A DNA stretch of 64,000 nt from Terracoccus sp. (lineage in GTDB: Bacteria; Actinomycetota; Actinomycetes; Actinomycetales; Dermatophilaceae). Both the position numbers and the translations under genes were made by a program. The notes beneath the pieces are model-generated. The model searched no databases, had not been told where the DNA came from, and was given only the letters and a program-made list of their open reading frames with translations. Shown piece after piece: positions 44,926-53,374 of this stretch (its first letter is position 1; each line of letters starts with the position of its first letter). The stretch covers positions 3,695 to 67,694 of the forward strand of contig JBDSSS010000044.1 in the NCBI GenBank assembly GCA_039928615.1, in the 5' to 3' direction.

Positions 44926-46422
44926 TCAGCGGCGCACCTGGCGCACGGGGATGGCCAGGGCGCTGACCGGAGCGCCGGTGATGGCCGCGACGGAGAAGAA
45001 GGGCACCCCGCCGTCGACACCCCCCACCGTGGCGGCCGCATGCACCTCGCCGGAGTCGACCCGGAGCCAGAGGCTCGTCGCGGCCCCGACGGGCACGGTG
45101 ACGGTCGAGTCGGCGGGGACCGTGACGACCGTGGAGGTGGCGGCGTCCCCCGTCCCGAGGGTGACGGTGACCTGGGCAGCCGAGGCCGCGGAGGCCGCGG
45201 ACAGCAGCAACGATGTCGAGGCAGCCGCGCCCTCGAGACCCGGCAGCAGCAGCCCGGCCGTCGACCGCACTGCGGACGTCGCCGGAGCCCAGCCGAAGTC
45301 ACCCATCCGGTCCGCGCCGGTGGCGGCGCGTCGCTCGACGTAGGCCCCGGCCGTCACCGGCTGGTCCGACACGAGACGGAAGCCGACGCCGCCGGCCGGG
45401 AGGTCGAGCCAGACGTCCTTGGTCGACTCGGCGGGCACGCGAACGGCCCGCAGCTCCGCCGGCTGCTTGGGGCCGGTGGCGGTGAGGACCCGCACCTGGA
45501 CGAGCGCCTCGGCGGCTCCGGGGTTGACCAGGCGCAGACCGGTGACGCCGTTGACGTCGACGCCGGGCACGACGAGGTCGGTGGCTGGGGAGGCCGAGCG
45601 GGTGGCGTCGTCGATGCCCCGCCCGGTCGCACCGTCGATCCAGGCCTCGTCGAGCACGGCGGACACGACGCCACCGGTCGCGATGACGTGGACCGCCGGG
45701 GAGACCTCCCCCGGCGCCAGTGCGTCGAGGGAGAGCACGATGCGGCCCCGGGGTGGCACGGACAGGCCACGGGCCTGGTCGGCGGTGACGGCACCCTTGG
45801 AGCCGTAGAGGTCGAGGCTCACGGCGACCGCGTTGGCGCCGGGGTTGCTGACGATGACGCGCTCGGTGCGCGACGGTCCGCCGCCGCCGCCGACGAGCCA
45901 GACGTCCGACGAGGGGACCTGGCACGGCGTGACGACGAGACCACGGTCGTCGTCGCCGCGGTGGCGCCACGTCTGGGTGCCGACGAGGCCGGGCGCCAGT
46001 CCGCCGGCACCGGTCACGAGCACCGGGTCGGTGGACGTGCCGGCGACCGTGGCGGCGCGCTGCTGCGCCCTGGCCGTCCCCGTGACGAGGGGCGCCGGCG
46101 CGCCACCACTCGACACGGCCACCGTGCCCGCACCGCTCGGTGTCTCCGTGAGGGACTGCGGCAGGGAAACGACCGGAGCCGCGGCGGTCGCCACGGCGAC
46201 AGTTCCCGCGACGTCGCGCAGCGACTCCCCACCGACCCGCTGCTGGCCGGGGCAGACGAGCGTCGCGTCCTCGACGAGGACGTCGGAGGACTCGGGCAGG
46301 CCGGCCACCTCGTGCGGGGCGGCCAACTGCACGGAGGCCGTGCCGCGCGCGGCCCCGAAGGCGAGGGCGGCGGCGGCCAGGCCCACGGCGGCGGTCCGCG
46401 CCGGACCGGACAGGCGGATCAT
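44926..46422 (-). CDS. DUF5719-like secreted/anchored protein
   Basis: An N-terminal signal or anchor (MIRLSGPARTAAVGLAAAALAFGAA) is followed by a beta-rich repetitive body. The start overlaps the GT2 stop (ATGA). The family name is recalled. Confidence 0.6.
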   Translation of the reverse strand: MIRLSGPARTAAVGLAAAALAFGAARGTASVQLAAPHEVAGLPESSDVLVEDATLVCPGQQRVGGESLRDVAGTVAVATAAAPVVSLPQSLTETPSGAGTVAVSSGGAPAPLVTGTARAQQRAATVAGTSTDPVLVTGAGGLAPGLVGTQTWRHRGDDDRGLVVTPCQVPSSDVWLVGGGGGPSRTERVIVSNPGANAVAVSLDLYGSKGAVTADQARGLSVPPRGRIVLSLDALAPGEVSPAVHVIATGGVVSAVLDEAWIDGATGRGIDDATRSASPATDLVVPGVDVNGVTGLRLVNPGAAEALVQVRVLTATGPKQPAELRAVRVPAESTKDVWLDLPAGGVGFRLVSDQPVTAGAYVERRAATGADRMGDFGWAPATSAVRSTAGLLLPGLEGAAASTSLLLSAASAASAAQVTVTLGTGDAATSTVVTVPADSTVTVPVGAATSLWLRVDSGEVHAAATVGGVDGGVPFFSVAAITGAPVSALAIPVRQVRR

Positions 46423-49400
46423 GCGCGCCTCCTCGACCGACGGTTGCCGAAGGGGACGGCAAGGAAGACGACGAGGGCGAGGAGCACGCCCTGCGCGAGC
46501 CGCCACCAGGGGTCGGCGGCGGCGAGGTCGATCCGGAAGGCGCCAGCCGCGGCGGGGACGGCATACGTCGGCAGGGTCTCGCCGGCCAGCGGCGTGAGGA
46601 CCCGTCCGTCGAAGGAGACGACCGCCTGCCCGGCCCACTCGGCCGGCTCGGCCACGACGACGCGGCGTCCGGCCTCACCGGCGGGGAGGCTGGTGTCGAC
46701 GGCGGCATGCGGCCCCGACGTCGGGACGACGTCGAGCAGGGCGCCCGACCCGTCGACGAGCCGGACCCGCGAGGGCGCCGTCCCGCCCGAGGCGCCGACG
46801 GCGCTGGGCAGGGGCTGGACCTTCCAGAGGATGCCGCCCTGGCTCGTGCCCAGGCGGCTGAGGCCCCCGGCGGAGTCGAGGCGGCGTGCGAGCGGGCTCT
46901 CGACGGGCGCGGCGGCCTGGACGAAACCGATGCCGAGCGAGGCGAGCCCCCCGGCGTCGAGCGACCCCTGCCCACGACCGCCGACGATCTCGGCGACCGC
47001 GGTGACGAGCGGCGACTCGTCGACGTCGTTGCGCCGGTCGAGGTCGCGCAGCAGCTCGCCGGGCTCCTGACCGACGAGGACGAAGTCGACGACGCGGTCG
47101 GAGGGGCGCAGCAGGAGCAGCCGGTTGGCGAGGGGGTTGCCGGCCTGCTCGACCGCGACGGCGGGAAGGGTGGCCTGGCCGACGCTGATCTGGCGCCCCA
47201 CCCCGACGACGGCCCAGTCGGCGGCGAGCAGGAGCACGGGAGCGACGAGCAGTGCGGCGGCCGTCACGGCCCCGGTCAGGGCCCAGCGGTTGCGCGGTCG
47301 CCGGAGGGAGGGCAGCACGACGGTGCTGCCGACGAGGACGCCGACGAGCAGTCCGGCGACCCAGAGCTCGAGCCCGACCCCGGCCCAGAGGTGGGCCGGC
47401 GCCGAGGCCCCGACGCCCGTCTCGGCCGATCCGAGGACGACCCGGCCCGAGGCGAGGGCGACCGCGAGCCCGACGAGCGAGAGCAGACCCGCCACGACGA
47501 GGCCGACGGCGGCCCCGCGGCTCTGCGCCCGGGTCGCCAGCCCCACGAGGCCCAGGAGCAGCACGGGGACGAGTGCGAGCGCCACGACGAGCCCGGTGCC
47601 GCCGGTCGTCGGCAGCCCCTCGGGCTGGCCGGCGAGCAGCGACCAGACGGTCGGCGCGGACGAGGTGGACACGATTCCCGGCCCGGAGAGCAGCAGCCGC
47701 CAGTCGTCGACGAAGCGGACGACCCACGGGCCGAGCAACCCGATCGGGACGACGAGCAGGGCCAGTCCGCGCAGGCGACGCCCGACGCCCGGCCCGACGA
47801 GGAGGAGCACGAGGGCGGCGACGGCGCACACGACGAGGAGCGGCGGAACGAACGCGCCGAGCACCGCGATGGCGAGGACGGTCGCGAAGGTGGCGGTCCA
47901 CGTCCCGTCGCGGCGCGCGGCGAGGCTGAAGCCGGCCAACACGAGTGGGAGGACGATGTGCGCGACCGCGACGGTGACCCGTCCCTGGCCGACGATGTCC
48001 GTCACGACGGCACCGGTCCCCCAGGCCACGGCGACCAGGGCCCGCGCGAGGCGCGAGCGGGTGACGACCCGACCGGCGACGTAGGCGGCCCACGCCGACA
48101 GTGCCGGGGTGAGGAAGAGGAGCCAGGCGATGGTGACGCCGGCGCTCGATCGGCTCTCGGCCACGCCGGGCACGTGCTCGATCAGCCAGGTGAGTCCGGA
48201 GAGGACGGCGAGGTAGGGGCCGGACTCGGCCGAGGTGCCGAAGCCGGCGCCGTGCCAGCCGTCCCGGAAGGCGTGCCAGAGGCCGCTCGACCCGGTCGCG
48301 ACGGCGCGCAGCTCGGCGCCGGCCAGACCGACGTTGCCACCGGACAGGGCGCCGGCCCGGATCGGGACGCGCCAGGCCACGGCCGTCGCTGCGAGGACGG
48401 TGAGCACGGCGAGGAAACCGGGGTGGGTCGCGATCCGGTGAGGGAGCGACGCCGGCAGCTGACCGAGCGCGTCGCTGTCGTCGGACGTCGGTCCGGTCTC
48501 GGTCGTGGACCCGGCCTCGCGCCGCTGCCGGCTGTGCTCGGGGACGATCGCGTCCTGGATGTGGTCCACGGTGGTGCGCGCGGCGGTCGTCGGGCTGACG
48601 AAGAGGGTGGCGAGGTCGCCGCGGCGCAGCCGCTTGGTGCGCCGGAAGCGCCAGCGCGCCCCGATCGTCGCGGCCGGGTGGGCGACGGCGGTGACGTCGG
48701 TCAGCTCGCGCCAGGCGAGCCGGGGCCGCTTGGCGACGAGCAGGGTGAGCGAGGAGACGAGCGAGGAGACCGCCATCCAGATCGCGAGGAAGGGCGCGAC
48801 GACCGGGCCGCACCGGGCGAGGGCCACCTGGCGCGAGGCCCGGCGGGTGCGCCGCTCGACCTCGCGGGGTCGGGGCCCGTCGGGACGCTCGCCACGCAAC
48901 CCCGCCGAGGCCTCGCGGATGACGGCGCCGGGCACGACGATGACGCGCCGGTCGGCGAGCTGGGCCCGCCAGCCGAAGTCGAGGTCTGCGCCGTAGTCGT
49001 CGAAGGTCGGGTCGAAGCCGCCCAGCTCTTCGTGGGCGTCGCGCCGCACGAGCATGCCGCTCGTGCTCACGGCGAGGACGTCCTCGCGGCTGTCGTACTG
49101 GCCCTGGTCGACCTCCCCCAGCGCGGGCGAAGCAAGCCGCCGGCCGCTGCGGGTGACCTGGATGCCGAGCTCGACGAGCTGGCGCGGGTCGTCCCAGCTG
49201 ACGATCTTGGGGCCCGCCACGGCGACGGTGCGCGAGCGGAGGACTGCCTCGAGAAGCCGAGCCAGCGTGGTCGGACGAGCGACGGTGTCGTCGTGCAGCA
49301 CCCACACCCACTCCCCCCGCGCGTCGGGGCGGGACGGCAGGTTGGCGACGCCGGCGTCGATCGCCTGACCGACGGGCACGACGTTGGGCAGCTTGAGGAC

Positions 49401-49715
49401 CTGGACGTCCTGGACGACCCGGCGCACGCCGCGGTGCGCCTGGGCGATGGCGACCGAGGTGTCGGTGCTCGCGACGTCGACGACGAGCAGCTGCGCCGGC
49501 GCGACGGTCTGCGCGGCGATGCCGTCGAGGCACTGCGTCAGCCAGGCCGCGCCGTTGCGCACGACGAGGACGACGGCGACCGCGGGTGGCGCGGGGGCTG
49601 CGCGACGGCCCGTCGAGGAGTGGGGCTCGGCGCCGCCCCCGGCAACCGCCGGGTGGCTCAGCACGTCAGTCATCGTGGCGAGCCCGACCCGCGCGACGAC
49701 CGACGTCCCGGGCAC
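46419..49715 (-). CDS. Very large family-2 glycosyltransferase fused to a multi-TM domain and a C-terminal extracytoplasmic region
   Basis: The N-terminal GT-A fold (VAVVLVVRNGAAWLTQCLDGIAAQT..., VWVLHDDT, DxD-like) is followed by at least 12 hydrophobic helices and a terminal TM. The start could be the ATG at 49673. Confidence 0.8.
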   Translation of the reverse strand: MPGTSVVARVGLATMTDVLSHPAVAGGGAEPHSSTGRRAAPAPPAVAVVLVVRNGAAWLTQCLDGIAAQTVAPAQLLVVDVASTDTSVAIAQAHRGVRRVVQDVQVLKLPNVVPVGQAIDAGVANLPSRPDARGEWVWVLHDDTVARPTTLARLLEAVLRSRTVAVAGPKIVSWDDPRQLVELGIQVTRSGRRLASPALGEVDQGQYDSREDVLAVSTSGMLVRRDAHEELGGFDPTFDDYGADLDFGWRAQLADRRVIVVPGAVIREASAGLRGERPDGPRPREVERRTRRASRQVALARCGPVVAPFLAIWMAVSSLVSSLTLLVAKRPRLAWRELTDVTAVAHPAATIGARWRFRRTKRLRRGDLATLFVSPTTAARTTVDHIQDAIVPEHSRQRREAGSTTETGPTSDDSDALGQLPASLPHRIATHPGFLAVLTVLAATAVAWRVPIRAGALSGGNVGLAGAELRAVATGSSGLWHAFRDGWHGAGFGTSAESGPYLAVLSGLTWLIEHVPGVAESRSSAGVTIAWLLFLTPALSAWAAYVAGRVVTRSRLARALVAVAWGTGAVVTDIVGQGRVTVAVAHIVLPLVLAGFSLAARRDGTWTATFATVLAIAVLGAFVPPLLVVCAVAALVLLLVGPGVGRRLRGLALLVVPIGLLGPWVVRFVDDWRLLLSGPGIVSTSSAPTVWSLLAGQPEGLPTTGGTGLVVALALVPVLLLGLVGLATRAQSRGAAVGLVVAGLLSLVGLAVALASGRVVLGSAETGVGASAPAHLWAGVGLELWVAGLLVGVLVGSTVVLPSLRRPRNRWALTGAVTAAALLVAPVLLLAADWAVVGVGRQISVGQATLPAVAVEQAGNPLANRLLLLRPSDRVVDFVLVGQEPGELLRDLDRRNDVDESPLVTAVAEIVGGRGQGSLDAGGLASLGIGFVQAAAPVESPLARRLDSAGGLSRLGTSQGGILWKVQPLPSAVGASGGTAPSRVRLVDGSGALLDVVPTSGPHAAVDTSLPAGEAGRRVVVAEPAEWAGQAVVSFDGRVLTPLAGETLPTYAVPAAAGAFRIDLAAADPWWRLAQGVLLALVVFLAVPFGNRRSRRRA

Positions 49716-49740
49716 AGCGTCCCGGGCACCGGGCGCACGG

Positions 49741-50007
49741 TCAGACCGCGCGCTTCTTCAGCTTGCGACGCTCCCGCTCGGAGAGACCGCCCCAGATGCC
49801 GAAGCGCTCGTCGTTGGACAGGGCGTACTCGAGGCACTCGGCGCGCACCTCACACCCGACGCAGACCTTCTTGGCCTCGCGCGTGGAGCCGCCCTTCTCA
49901 GGGAAGAACGCCTCCGGATCGGTCTGGGCGCAGAGCGATCGCTCCTGCCAGGACAGCTCCGCCTCCTCGCTGTCCAGCTCTGCTGTGACCACCATCAAAT
50001 CGTGCAT
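49741..50007 (-). CDS. whiB2: WhiB-family transcription factor, WhiB2/WhmD/WhiB type
   Basis: The translation SWQERSLCAQTDPEAFFPEKGGSTREAKKVCVGCEVRAECLEYALSNDERFGIWGGLSERERRKLKKR matches the family. A GAGGAGGGG SD precedes the ATG at 50007. It is divergent from cofD, as Rv3260c is from Rv3261. Confidence 0.9.
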   Translation of the reverse strand: MHDLMVVTAELDSEEAELSWQERSLCAQTDPEAFFPEKGGSTREAKKVCVGCEVRAECLEYALSNDERFGIWGGLSERERRKLKKRAV

Positions 50008-50041
50008 GACCCCTCCTCGACCCTGACGTACACGTGTGCCT

Positions 50042-50073
50042 CCGCGCTGTTCCGCACTGTTTCCGCGCTGTTT
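50042..50073. repeat. Three tandem 10/11-nt repeats (CCGCGCTGTT / CCGCACTGTTT / CCGCGCTGTTT) in the whiB2 leader
   Basis: Read directly. On the whiB2 sense strand the unit is GAAACAGYGCG. Confidence 0.85.
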
Positions 50074-50136
50074 CGGCGATGTCGGACCCTCACGCCGAGG
50101 CCCGTTCGCTCCGGCGGTGAAAGACACAACACTGGA

Positions 50137-50166
50137 ATTACATGCGTGTCATACCTCTCCCGTCAA
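50137..50166 (-). promoter_or_regulatory. Candidate whiB2 promoter (TTGACG - 18 nt - TGTAAT on the minus strand)
   Basis: The -35 is at 50161-50166 and the -10 at 50137-50142 (complement). This would give a leader of about 120 nt. Confidence 0.35.
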
Positions 50167-50170
50167 GCCG

Positions 50171-50176
50171 TAGAAT
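50171..50176 (+). promoter_or_regulatory. Candidate -10 hexamer TAGAAT for cofD-cofE
   Basis: A near-consensus -10 in the AT-rich divergent region, about 78 nt upstream of the cofD ATG. Confidence 0.3.
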
Positions 50177-50253
50177 GATATTTGCCTCATTGGGGTAATA
50201 CCTGATACCAGCCCAAAACGCCCCGCATGCTCCGGGCTGAGAGGATCACTCCC

Positions 50254-51255
50254 ATGCGCATCACCGCCCTGTCGGGAGGAATCGGCGGCGCCCGGTTCCT
50301 TCGCGGCCTCCTCCGCCACCTGTCCGACACCGCCTCCGGTGGTCAGCGCGACCCGGCCGAGCCGGTCGAGCTGACCGTCATCGGCAACACCGGCGACGAC
50401 ATCACCCTCTTCGGCCTGCGGGTCTGCCCCGACCTCGACACGCTGCTCTACACGCTCGGCGGCGGGATCCACGAGGGCCAGGGCTGGGGCCGCGCCGACG
50501 AGACCCACAGCCTCGCGGGCGAGCTGGCGGCGCTCGGGGCGCAGCCGCAGTGGTTCGGCCTCGGCGACAAGGACTTCGCGACCCACGTCTACCGCTCGCA
50601 GCTGCTCGGGCAGGGTATGCCGCTCAGCGTCGTCACCGCGAGACTGGCCGCCCGCTGGGGGCTGCCCGAGCAGGGCGTCCGGCTGCTGCCGATGACCGAC
50701 ACCCCCGTCGAGACGCACGTCGTCGTCGGCGAGGGCGAGCAGACCCGCGCCATCCACTTCCAGGAGTGGTGGGTGCGCCACCAGGCCTCGCTGCCCGCCG
50801 AGCGCTTCGTCGTCGCCGGTCTCGACGCGGCGGCCCCGGCGCCGGGCGTGCTCGACGCGATCCGCGAGGCCGACGTCGTGCTGCTGCCCCCGAGCAACCC
50901 CGTCGTCTCGATCGGGATCATCCTCGGCGTCCCCGGTCTGCGGGACGCCCTGCGCGGCACCCGGGCTCCCGTCGTCGGCGTCTCCCCCCTCGTCGGCGGC
51001 CGGCCGGTGCGCGGCCACGCCGACGCCTGCCTGCGCACGATCGGGGTGGCCGAGACGAGCACCGCGGTCGCCGGCCTCTACACCGACTTCCTCGACGGGT
51101 GGCTCGTCGACGAGGAGGACCCGATGGTCGGCCGGCCCGGCCTCGACGTCGTGCACCGCCCGCTGCTGATGTCCTCCCCCGACGCGGCCGCCGACCTCGC
51201 CGGCGCCGCCCTGGAGCTCGGCACCCGGCTGCGGCCGGAGCGGACCACCGCGTGA
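50254..51255 (+). CDS. cofD: 2-phospho-L-lactate (or EPPG) transferase CofD/FbiA
   Basis: The translation MRITALSGGIGGARFLRGL...VIGNTGDDITLFGLRVCPDLDTLLYTLGG...LLPPSNPVVSIG matches the family. A GAGAGGA SD is present. Confidence 0.9.
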   Translation: MRITALSGGIGGARFLRGLLRHLSDTASGGQRDPAEPVELTVIGNTGDDITLFGLRVCPDLDTLLYTLGGGIHEGQGWGRADETHSLAGELAALGAQPQWFGLGDKDFATHVYRSQLLGQGMPLSVVTARLAARWGLPEQGVRLLPMTDTPVETHVVVGEGEQTRAIHFQEWWVRHQASLPAERFVVAGLDAAAPAPGVLDAIREADVVLLPPSNPVVSIGIILGVPGLRDALRGTRAPVVGVSPLVGGRPVRGHADACLRTIGVAETSTAVAGLYTDFLDGWLVDEEDPMVGRPGLDVVHRPLLMSSPDAAADLAGAALELGTRLRPERTTA

Positions 51256-52301
51256 GCAAGCCGGTCTCGGTCATCCCGTTGAGCGGCATACCCGAGGTCC
51301 GGGAGGGTGACGACCTCGCCGAGGTGGTCACTCTCGGACTCACCGCCTCGGAGGTGCGGCTGCAGGACGGCGACGTCGTCGTCGTGTCGAGCAAGATCGC
51401 GAGCAAGGCCCTCGGCCTCGTCACCGACGACCCCGACCGGGAGCGCGTCGTCGCCGGGGAGAGCGGCGCCGTCGTCGCCGAGCGGGACGTGGACGGGCGT
51501 GTCACGCGCGTCGTGCGCGCCAAGGCCGGCCCGGTCATGGCGGCCGCCGGCGTCGACGCCTCCAACACCGGTGACCGCGGCGGGCTGCTGCTCCTGCCCC
51601 ACGACCCCGACGCCGTCTGCGCGGACCTGCACGCCGCCCTGACGGCAGCGCACGGCGTGCGGGTCGGTGTCGTGCTCAGCGACACGGCCGGGCGTCCGTG
51701 GCGGGTCGGGCAGGTCGACTTCGCGCTCGGTGCCCACGGCGTGCGGGTCGTCGACGACCTGCGTGGCGGGGTCGACGCCGACGGGCGCGAGCTGTCGGTG
51801 ACGAGCCGAGCCCTGGCCGACGAGGTCGCGGCCGCTGCGGACCTGGTCAAGGGCAAGGTCGGCGCCGTGCCGGCGGCGGTGGTGCGCGGGCTGGTCGATG
51901 CGCTCGTCGACGACGCGGGCGCTGGTCACGACGGCGGCCGGAGCCTCGTCCGGACCGGGCCGACCGACTGGTTCGCGATGGGCCGGGTCGAGGCGGTGCG
52001 GGCGGCGCTCGGGATCGAGCCCGGCAGCGCCGACTCCGAGCAGGTCGGCCTCGTGCCGGCCGGGCCGACGACGCAGCACGCGGCGGTCGGGCGGGCCGTG
52101 CGGGTGGCCCTGCACGGGCACGAGTCAGCCTCGGCCGACGTGGGCGGCGACTCGGTGACGTTGGGCGCCGAGACGGGGTACGAGCTCGGCCTCGTGGCGG
52201 CTCGCCTCCAGACGGCGCTGTGGTGCGAGTTCCTCACCGGCGCAGCCGGATCCCCCGCCGCCGACGGTCGCACCCTCGTGGTCCAGATCCGCCCCACCTG
52301 A
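51252..52301 (+). CDS. cofE: Coenzyme F420:L-glutamate ligase CofE/FbiB N-domain, with a C-terminal extension of about 100 aa of unclear nature
   Basis: The GTG start overlaps the cofD stop. The translation SVIPLSGIPEVREGDDLAEVV...GDVVVVSSKIASKA...GVDASN...VLSDTAGRPWRVGQVDFALG...DLVKGK shows the ligase domain. Total length is 349 aa. Confidence 0.85.
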   Translation: MSKPVSVIPLSGIPEVREGDDLAEVVTLGLTASEVRLQDGDVVVVSSKIASKALGLVTDDPDRERVVAGESGAVVAERDVDGRVTRVVRAKAGPVMAAAGVDASNTGDRGGLLLLPHDPDAVCADLHAALTAAHGVRVGVVLSDTAGRPWRVGQVDFALGAHGVRVVDDLRGGVDADGRELSVTSRALADEVAAAADLVKGKVGAVPAAVVRGLVDALVDDAGAGHDGGRSLVRTGPTDWFAMGRVEAVRAALGIEPGSADSEQVGLVPAGPTTQHAAVGRAVRVALHGHESASADVGGDSVTLGAETGYELGLVAARLQTALWCEFLTGAAGSPAADGRTLVVQIRPT

Positions 52302-52304
52302 TCC

Positions 52305-52414
52305 GTCGAGTGCCCACTTTCCCCCACTCAAGCCCCGTCGAGTGCCCACTTTCCCCCGCCCCCGCGACGCCAGAATGTGGGCACTCGACCCCACAGGTCG
52401 AGTGCCCACTTTCC
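52305..52414. repeat. Intergenic array of an 18-mer (GTCGAGTGCCCACTTTCC): three direct copies plus one inverted copy
   Basis: Direct copies lie at 52305-52322, 52337-52354 and 52397-52414. The inverted copy (AATGTGGGCACTCGAC) lies at 52374-52389. The inverted copy and copy 3 form a 14-16-bp hairpin with a 7-nt loop. Confidence 0.9.
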
Positions 52415-52415
52415 G

Positions 52416-52928
52416 TCAGCCCAGGGTGGCCCGGGCCCGCGACGAGACGGTGATGGTCACGCCGCCGCCGAGTGACTCCAGCACCCACCCGGTCATCGGC
52501 AGGGTGGCCCGGCCGCTCAGGGTCACCACGGCGGTGCGGCCGTCCGGCGACCCGGTCTGCGGCACGAGGCCCCAGTCGCTGATCCCGACGGGCCGCGGGG
52601 TCTTCGCGAGGTGCGCGGAGGCCGAGTCTCGGACGGACGCGTCGGTGAGCGCCAGCCGGGCGCCCACCCCCTGCTCGTAGACGGACTGCTCGTCGAGGGA
52701 GTCCGCGGCGTCGAGCGCGGCCGCATCCGTCACGTCGAGCAGCCGCATCCGCGCCAGCTGCGCCGCAGTGACGTCGATGCCCCCGAGGATGAGCACGAGC
52801 ACGATGGCGAACACGCCCAGGATGAGCAGGCTGACCTGCCCCTCCTCGGCTGGTTCGCTCTCTCCTTCGTGAACGCGTCCACGACCGCGGATGGGCGCTC
52901 GGGACCTGAACGGCATACCGCGCCTCAT
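52416..52928 (-). CDS. TadG/TadE-related pilus-assembly (pseudopilin-like) protein
   Basis: An N-terminal hydrophobic helix (VSLLILGVFAIVLVLILGGIDV) is followed by AAQLARMRLLDVTDAAALDAADSL, typical of TadG-like or 'pilus assembly protein TadG-related' proteins. The ATGA overlaps the upstream gene. Confidence 0.55.
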   Translation of the reverse strand: MRRGMPFRSRAPIRGRGRVHEGESEPAEEGQVSLLILGVFAIVLVLILGGIDVTAAQLARMRLLDVTDAAALDAADSLDEQSVYEQGVGARLALTDASVRDSASAHLAKTPRPVGISDWGLVPQTGSPDGRTAVVTLSGRATLPMTGWVLESLGGGVTITVSSRARATLG

Positions 52929-53374
52929 CGGCCGACGTAACGGTCGACGGTCGCAAGGTGCGTCGCGGAGATCGTCACCGCGCTCGGCACGCGGTCGCTG
53001 ATGAAGTCGGGGACGAGTGGCAGCTGCACGACGATGCTCGCGGTGGCCGTCACGGTCCCGTCCGGGCGCAGGCACGGGGAGCCGTCGCAGCTCAGCCCGA
53101 GAGAGGTTCCTCGGGTGAAGGCGAAGTCCTCGAAGGCCAGTGCAGCGGCCGAGCGCGCCCTGGCCCCGGCGTCGGCGTCGTTCGCGCCGGTGACGAAGGC
53201 GCGACCCGCCTCTCGCCCGGCGAGCGACGCGGAGAAGGCCGCCGACTGCAACCGGGCCGCGGTGAGGACGAGGTAGACCAGCGGCAGCAGGAGCAGCACC
53301 CCGAGGAAGATGAACTCGACGACGGCCCGACCGTCCTCCGGGGACTCGCACGAGCGACGGGCGGGGCTGCTCAC
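52925..53374 (-). CDS. TadE-family protein
   Basis: The N-terminal motif GRAVVEFIFLGVLLLLPLVYLV is TadE-like. GTGA overlaps occur on both sides. Confidence 0.68.
   Translation of the reverse strand: MSSPARRSCESPEDGRAVVEFIFLGVLLLLPLVYLVLTAARLQSAAFSASLAGREAGRAFVTGANDADAGARARSAAALAFEDFAFTRGTSLGLSCDGSPCLRPDGTVTATASIVVQLPLVPDFISDRVPSAVTISATHLATVDRYVGR

Noticed and set aside
52305-52414. The 18-mer array considered as a CRISPR.
   Set aside because: There are only three direct copies, with irregular short spacers (14 and 42 nt), one inverted copy, and no cas genes or leader. It is not CRISPR-like.
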